This document shows positions 56,757-64,000 of a stretch of DNA of 64,000 nucleotides, piece after piece. Source of the DNA: Ascidiella aspersa. Taxonomy: Eukaryota. The notes under the pieces are model-generated. The model was not told where the DNA came from. It made no database searches and saw only the letters and a program-made list of their open reading frames with translations. The translations under genes were made by a program, and so were the position numbers. The stretch spans positions 9,672,001 to 9,736,000 of the forward strand of contig OZ004612.1 in NCBI GenBank assembly GCA_963924565.1, in the 5' to 3' direction. Position 1 is the stretch's first letter. Every line of letters starts with the position of its first letter.

Positions 56757-59700
56757 AAAATTGCGATCTGCGTTTATACATGGTCATTAGTTGACTTTTC
56801 AAAAAATCATATTGCTACCCAGAACCTTTCAAAGTAACTGACTCAGCTTTTTCAAGGCAGCCTAAATTGTTCTGTTGAACTGAAAGCGAAATCGGACGAG
56901 CAGTTCCACCTTTCCAAATCGGACAAAAAAAGGGCACATTTCGCGTCCAGCGTAAGCAGCACAACAGCACATTTGAACGGCAGCGCTGCGAACACCAACA
57001 CCTTTGCATGTATGCACGGTTGCACACGCAGCACACACGCCACTTTAGGTTGCGGTCCATTGGGAAAGCGCAATTGGGGTCGCAGGCGCCCAGCGCGCTT
57101 TAAAACCAATAAAACATAATTGTGTCGCTTTTTTCCAACGCACGTTAGATTACAACTTCCTAAATATTTTTATTTTAAATACGCACTAACTCATGAAAAT
57201 TTATTGATTTAAATTAGACTATAACCAATTAAAGCAAAAAAAAAAAAAAAAAAACGTGAACTAAATTAAATTTAACAATTTTATTGGATATCTTCGTAAA
57301 AAGCTTACCGAAATCATTCAGCTTTATAAAGACTTCAGTGCAAACAAGGAAAGACAAGAAAAATTCTAGCCTGCGGTGAGGTTAGAACTTTACGTTGTCC
57401 GTTAAAGCGTGCTTGTTTTTTTCAAACGGCGCCCCATACATAGCAACACACTTGCCTGCCGCACCCTGTTCGTTCATAAAACCTCAATTAAAGGGTCACA
57501 AGCCCGTATTCAGCAACTGAAACCTTCATTTACACAATGTTTACTCCAAAGGGGCTTGATCACAGAATACACATTGTCTCAACAAGTGTAAACAACTTAT
57601 GTTTGATTGCGATCGACTGAAATATTTCTTAAATACTCTCGGTCGACTGTTGGTTCAGTAGAAAAGTCACAAGAACTCTTTATTTTTTTTAACTGCCAAC
57701 AAAGTCAGCGATAGAGGTTAATTTGTTAAGTCAATGAACGCTTTATTCGGCCTGTCCAGTCACCAATTTGTCATATTAGTGTTTCACTTGTGTGCGATGA
57801 GACGCGATCAACCTAGTAAAATGTGGCGAAGGGCCGGTGGATCGCGATCGACGTGTTGGCTACCCCTGGACTCTCTATGAACGAATTTAGGCTGTTCATC
57901 CCCTTTTACTGAGATATTCACGGACGGGATGCATCAGTCAATGGTGGTATATGTTGTTTCTTGACTTGCGTCCTTCTCAGCCTGTGCAACTCATTAGATA
58001 AAAAGACGGCGGAAGGACGGGAGTTTAAACGTTATCGCAGGTTTGTTTTTCTAGGCTGCTGGCCTTGCTCACACTAGAATGCTGAATATAGGCTTACTGA
58101 CCTCGTATATTAATTGCGGTTGTGCTATCCGTGTGCCCTTATCGTTGGCTAGTACGACTATAGTCGACTACAGAAGGGCTTGATCACAGAAAACACATTG
58201 TGTATGTTGTGTATATTTCAGTTCACAACTAAATATAATTTTTGTACAGTCTCACAAGAATAAGAAACCACAACAATTGGTTAACTTTGAGGTGAATCAA
58301 ACTATTATGCAAGGTAAATTTAATTTGGTTTATGCTTGGCGTGAATTGTTGCGTATTATTGGGCTTCAGGAGTGCTATGCATTGTGGATAAATTGAAATA
58401 TTTGCCTTAGTTATGTATCATGTCGCACAAATCAAATGTTTGTGCAAAAAGCACAATTACACATTTTGAATATTCAAGTCGCACGTTTATTAAAACTTTT
58501 TGTTTTTTTACAGGAGAACGTACAGGCGATTAGGCTTATAACGACCTGTTTCCTGATTACGTCAAAAAACGTTGACAAGGCGAAATGTAACTCAGTCGTT
58601 GTTTGCTTGTTTGCTGCCATGCATGTTTTGAATAAAAATTTCCAAAGCTGTAAAAGGCTTGAAACAGTCTAACAATGAAACTTGCAACGGTTTTTCGGCA
58701 AACCGAAATGAAAAACTCGATTAAACTTTTTGGAAACACAAACTTTAATACAACCTGTACAAAGACGCGCTACCATAATAATAAACCCAATAAAAAATGT
58801 TGCCAGTGCTGCGACAAATTACGTTTTATTTGAACGTTCGACCTGTGGGACTCAGGAAGTATTACACGCGTCTCACGCACAACTCCCTGTTTATTCGGAG
58901 AATGTTTACATTTTAAAGTGTTGCTTTAAGGATGCTGCACTCTATAAGTTAATATTTGACTAAAAAATAAGGTTTGCTAAAGCCAAGATACTATATAGTC
59001 TTTTAAATCGCGACGCTTATAAAAATTTAAGGTAAACGTGTCAATCCAAGTAGTTGTTAAAGTTACACTATCAGTAATACCCCAAAACACTGTTTTAGGC
59101 TACCCAAAAACACTGTTTTAAAAATTAAGGTTTGATAGGCACACAAAATCAATTGGTTTGTACAATACGATTCCTTAACACTTTTTCATATGCGGCACAC
59201 CAACAGAGCTAAAAAATCGTGACACACCTAAAGACCTACGGGGTAATATCCGATGCAGTTCAGAGCAAAGAAGCCTTTTATGGCAAAAAGGGAGCTATTG
59301 ACGTTTTATATCCCTTATCTTCTAATCTTGTGGTTTTACGGCCCCCTACAATAAACCCTGCAAATGGTACCTCTCTATAATAACGGCTTGGAGAACATTT
59401 CGAGATTCAAAATAACAGTTTAAAGATGAAACCTGGCAATTGTATTTTGTACGTTTCTACTTAATATTATTTAGTTACACCAGTCAAAAAATCACATAAA
59501 TACAAATTATTTTATCATGCTATTTTATAGGTTTCGAGTAAATGGATATTAGTGTACTATTTCACTTTGGTATATACCCAATGTCTATTTATTATGTCAA
59601 TATATAGAAACAAATAGTTGTATATACTCTGATGCCCTGATCGCCGGGTAGTTCAATTTGGTAAAAAAAATATTTCGAAACACGATTTTTGTTTTTAACT

Positions 59701-61789
59701 ATTTCGACATACATGTTAAAATGTAAACATTAAGAAAAATTAGGAGAATTACATCATCTGGATATTGGCATTCGGTCAAAATGCCTGCCTTGGCATATAT
59801 CGTGTTAATTCTACCGGCCATAAGACAGTATATTTGAAAAAAGTAAAAACCTCCTAAAACAAAGCGTCTCACTGGTTGCGGAACACTGCCATAAATCAAC
59901 AGCTGAACTGGAAGTGTGTGCTGAAATAGGAGACACTTCCAAGCAGTAGAGTGTGCCAATGTCTGGTGTAATTTTCCAGAGTTTGACAATTATGCTTATG
60001 TCCCACTGTCTGCTGATGGTATAAGAAAGAAACAATAACCGACACCCATAGGAAATCAACATGACAATTTAGTTTTCCTAAAATAACGCCTTCGCTACGA
60101 AGAATACAGTTTATCCGATCTTTTCCAATTTCGAAGTTTTATAAATACTACATCGGCTTTTCAGAAATGTAAAGTGGTTTTACCAGATAGTTTCAATACG
60201 CAAAAGAGACTGAAATAATTACATGCACAATTTTGTAAATGTATGACAGTATACTCATTGTGGCGCCCATGTAACACCTCCTATACATAGTATTCATTTT
60301 GGAAGGTTTCAATAACGGCATATAGGTATTCTAAGATCAAAAAGCAAACGAAACAAAGTTATTAGGCCTATTACAGCTGCTGAGGTGGCAATATTCTCAC
60401 CACAGTGGCGTGGCTTAATTATAGTTGAATTCTGCATTATTTTGATTTTCAAGCATCCTGGGTAACCATAAAATACATTATTAAACAAAACGATAAACTT
60501 GTTTAATAATTTCATTAATTCGTTTTATTTTAAAAATAGTTCGCTTTTGTAATGAAATACAAATGCTAGCTATAGCCACTCACGTTTATTCATCACCGAG
60601 GTTGTTTCCTATTTGTAACGCGTGTACAGACTTTAATTTAAAGTGACACCAAAACAACTTTCAAGAATCACTTCCCGCCTTAAAATCGCAAACCACTAGT
60701 GTTAATCTTTCTGATTTTTGACGAATGCGTTCTTCTATTAACCAACTACAGCTTTCTGTTCCTGTCTATACTTTTCCCAGAAAACGCCGTAGGTTAAACG
60801 AAATAAATTAACCTTTTGAAAGTTTACCTTCAACTGAAACAACAAAAACATGCCATTCTAAGTAGCACGCTTTCTAACCATTTGTTTCCTGTCGTGATTT
60901 GGCCTTAATATAATTTAAACCACATAAGTAAATTACAGTACGAATCAGCATATCGTTGCGCCTGGCATGCTTTGTGCCTCGAGTAGCCCTACACTGAACC
61001 GGTGCGCCGTAACCGCCACGCACGACTGACAACGTAAAACGCTGATTTTTTTTCACCCAAAGGTTGGATAAGGGGCTCAATTAGAGTAACGCGATGCATT
61101 GGCCATTGGTAAATATTCTCGATTGCCTGATTTCGGGTAATTGAATTCTATCTGGTGTTTTGCCGCTGTGTTTAACATGGGTTCTACTGGCATGTATGTG
61201 ATCAAAACTTATGGAACTTCCTTAGTAAGTTACTTCGTAACATGTATACGACTTTATTCCGCTACCTTATAAACATATGACAGAGAACTGGCCCGTTTAA
61301 ACGCGCACGATAGTGTACGAACCATTGGTTATTTATTAGCTAAGTTTTTCACTTATATTGTCAACCTAAAATTATCACGATGCATAATTTTGATTAAGTA
61401 AAAAAAAATCGTAGTACATTGAATGGACCACAAGTATTCTTTGATTTGGTTGTGCCGTTTCTTAGGTTGCAAAGAGGCTATTAGCTAATAAGATAATGCA
61501 ACGAAAAAACGGTAAGTTGGCCAAGTCACTTGTTGATAATTTTAGGGTATATGCAGCGCGCTTTCCCTCAAAACGCAAATATAGTAATTGTAAAAACAAG
61601 TTTGTTTGTTGTTTTGAAAAAGCGCGACATACGTTGCCCACACCGGAGTAAATAATGCTGTCAGCGGGCGCAACTGCTTTTGATTGATAATTAATATACA
61701 AAGCGCAGTGCCAAGTTCAACAGAATTGAAAATGCCTCTGGCGGTCTGTAAGTAGCAATTTAATCGTTTTACGTGCAAGACATGAGACA

Positions 61790-62006
61790 AATAGCTCAAC
61801 TTGAAAATTAAATCTTAAATGAAAACACTTAATTTCAACCTCAATCATTAGACTCAATGACTTACGTCCAAGTCAAGTCCTTTGTCTAAAATAGTTAAGT
61901 CAAGTCAAGTCATGTTACCACAACGACTTAAGTCAAGTAAAGTCATTTGAAAACAGTGACTTAAATGCACCTAAATCAAGTCACTGGTTTAAACATTACA
62001 ACACTG
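61790..62006. mobile_element. Truncated copy of the AAGTC-MITE
   Basis: AAGTCAAGTC arrays and right TIR ATTACAACACTG; left end not found. Confidence 0.75.
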
Positions 62007-64000
62007 GTTTGTGCCATGCAATTGTAGAGTAACGATTAATCCAAAGGAAATACAGAAGGTCGATAGCAAGGAATAATTAAGGAAGTTTGAGGCCAAACTT
62101 TATTGTCGTGTTAAACTGTATAGAAAAGAACCGAGCTCATGCTTGCCCATCAAAAACGAATAGTACGCTATATGTGATGTTCATTCTTTCAACCTCGCAA
62201 AAAAATGAGAACCATTTTAATTTTGGGGGTAAATCTAATATTCATCTTTGTTAAAAGGGTAAAACATACAAAAAAAAGTTAAGAACCCCTGATCTATAGG
62301 CTACTTAGCTCAATAACTTGAATTAGACTTACATTTTTTCATTAAATAATATTTTGATAAAATTAGGTTATTTTAGCCCTAATTTATGCACTTGGAACAA
62401 TTTGTTTATACAATTAGTCGAATTTTGGTTGCTTTCGAGTTAAAACATTGCTCAAAATCGGAAAGTATATTATTTTTATTGGAGTAAAAAAAAAACGGTT
62501 TTACAAATTACTTTACATGGAATTTACTTCAATTTTCCACAACATAGCCTTAGGGCTGTCACTTGTCTTGATAAAAATGGATTATTCGGCCAAGGATTTT
62601 TACTCATACACTCCCGCTGTATATTCGCCATCGTTTTTAATGCCATTCAAAAGACAGGTCAAACAAATATCCTAATATTGACTTAAGGCAGTATTTTCGT
62701 TAGTGGGTGTTCGAAGCGGAGCACTGTTTGATAGGATATGATGAAAAAGTGTTTGTAAAAAAAAATTGGCCTCAACATTGAATATAAAAACATAACTTTA
62801 ATTGCGAATGTCACAAAAAAACCTTTCAAACAACAATCCTTCGTTACATTGTTACTGCGAACGACATTCAAAATATTACTAAAGTAACGTATTGCTCCCC
62901 ATCAGCGAAACTTAAACCTGCTTAGAGATATCTTTGAAATACATACAAAGCTAAAGGTCGGTGGCTTGTGTCAATAGGCTACGATATGCACAAAGGCGTG
63001 CTTTCCACATTTAACAATAACAGCAGATTATGCGGTGGGTACCTAACTTTCTATAGGCAGAGAACTCGCATGAAACGCTTTTGAACAAGTTACGTATCGC
63101 ATATAATGCTCAACAAGCGACATGACATCAAACGACGTCATAGAATATGTCGAGGTTGTTTTTCATATTTTCGCGTACAGATTTGGCGCTTTCGACTTAA
63201 CTGGCTTTGGAAACAGCTGAATAGTGGCTCGTTTTATCTTCTCTAACTCTGCGTTAAGTAAATAAGGCAATGGAATTCCTTTATCAATTGTGTGATTGTT
63301 TTTCACCTTGCACATTTATTAAAATTAATATTACAAAGTTACTAATTTTACTATTGGGCTTTGACAACAATTATAGTCTTCACTGTAATGTTGGATATCA
63401 AGTAAGTTAACCAAATTTTAGAAGAATAGGAACCGTAAAAAAGGAGCAGAGCATAACTTAGCAGTTATGTCCCGGAGTGTCCTTTAGTTTACCAGTTCCT
63501 ATGGAAAACGCTAGGGATGAGTTTCAAAGGTGAAGACATTAGCGTTACCGCTGTCGATCTGCTTAAGGCGATTAGCCTGACAACATGTCAATCTATATAG
63601 TTTAAACTTTCCTACAACATTGTCAAGTACTTAACGTTTATTTAGGCGATATTTCTCATGGCTATAAAAGTCAACTGTTCTATCACTTGTTTACCCATAG
63701 CTGCAACCACTTAGCGATTGCCTTCTAGCACGTATGTTTATCACACAGTAAACTATCCGCAAAAGTCGGTTTGTGGATTGTATTTGCACTAACTTTCGTT
63801 TACTAACCTGAAATCTCTTTAAGCGAACCAAAAACACAAGCACAAGACAGGCAACAAACCGCACTATCCAACAAGAATCATCTGTGCTCTAACCATTGTT
63901 GAACCCCACTTAGTTTGTTTAAGCTCATAGTGACCAGACGAGTTTAGCCCGCCAGACACCTCAATAAGTTCATTTTACTATGGGTATCATTACAAACAAA

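Noticed and set aside
59699-60515. Possible third gene or FucT relic on the minus strand
   Set aside because: No GT10 or other recognisable motif, and no consistent exon chain.
1-64000. Autonomous transposase, RT, rRNA/tRNA genes, spliced-leader RNA gene
   Set aside because: No long ORF or motif of these types was seen by eye; tRNAscan-SE and Infernal would be needed to exclude small RNAs.

Overview
Eukaryotic (animal) genomic DNA with spliceosomal GT-AG introns, not prokaryotic. An invertebrate chordate such as an ascidian is a plausible source, but that is inference. Most ORFs in the supplied track are spurious or are single exons. I assembled three genes by hand, checking splice phase at every junction. 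(1) A + strand cytospin (SPECC1/SPECC1L-like) gene with 15 visible coding exons (9856-30368, ~890 aa), a long coiled coil and a C-terminal calponin-homology domain. Its N-terminus is unresolved and there are several candidate alternative first exons. (2, 3) Two tandem - strand GT10 alpha-1,3-fucosyltransferase paralogs: A at 36409-31727 (5 coding exons, 385 aa) and B at 56555-52357 (6 coding exons, 447 aa). The paralogs are a mosaic: two exons are almost identical, while the exon between them, the N-termini, the C-termini and all introns are divergent. About 37-52 kb and 57-64 kb are dense in non-autonomous transposons (hAT-type MITEs with 8-bp TSDs, a probable Helitron, nested insertions). 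The cytospin introns are TE-poor and CpG-rich. I found no rRNA, tRNA, CRISPR array or autonomous transposase, and no clear evidence of a wholly new system. The strongest leads are the exon-restricted homogenisation of the fucosyltransferase pair and their divergent termini.
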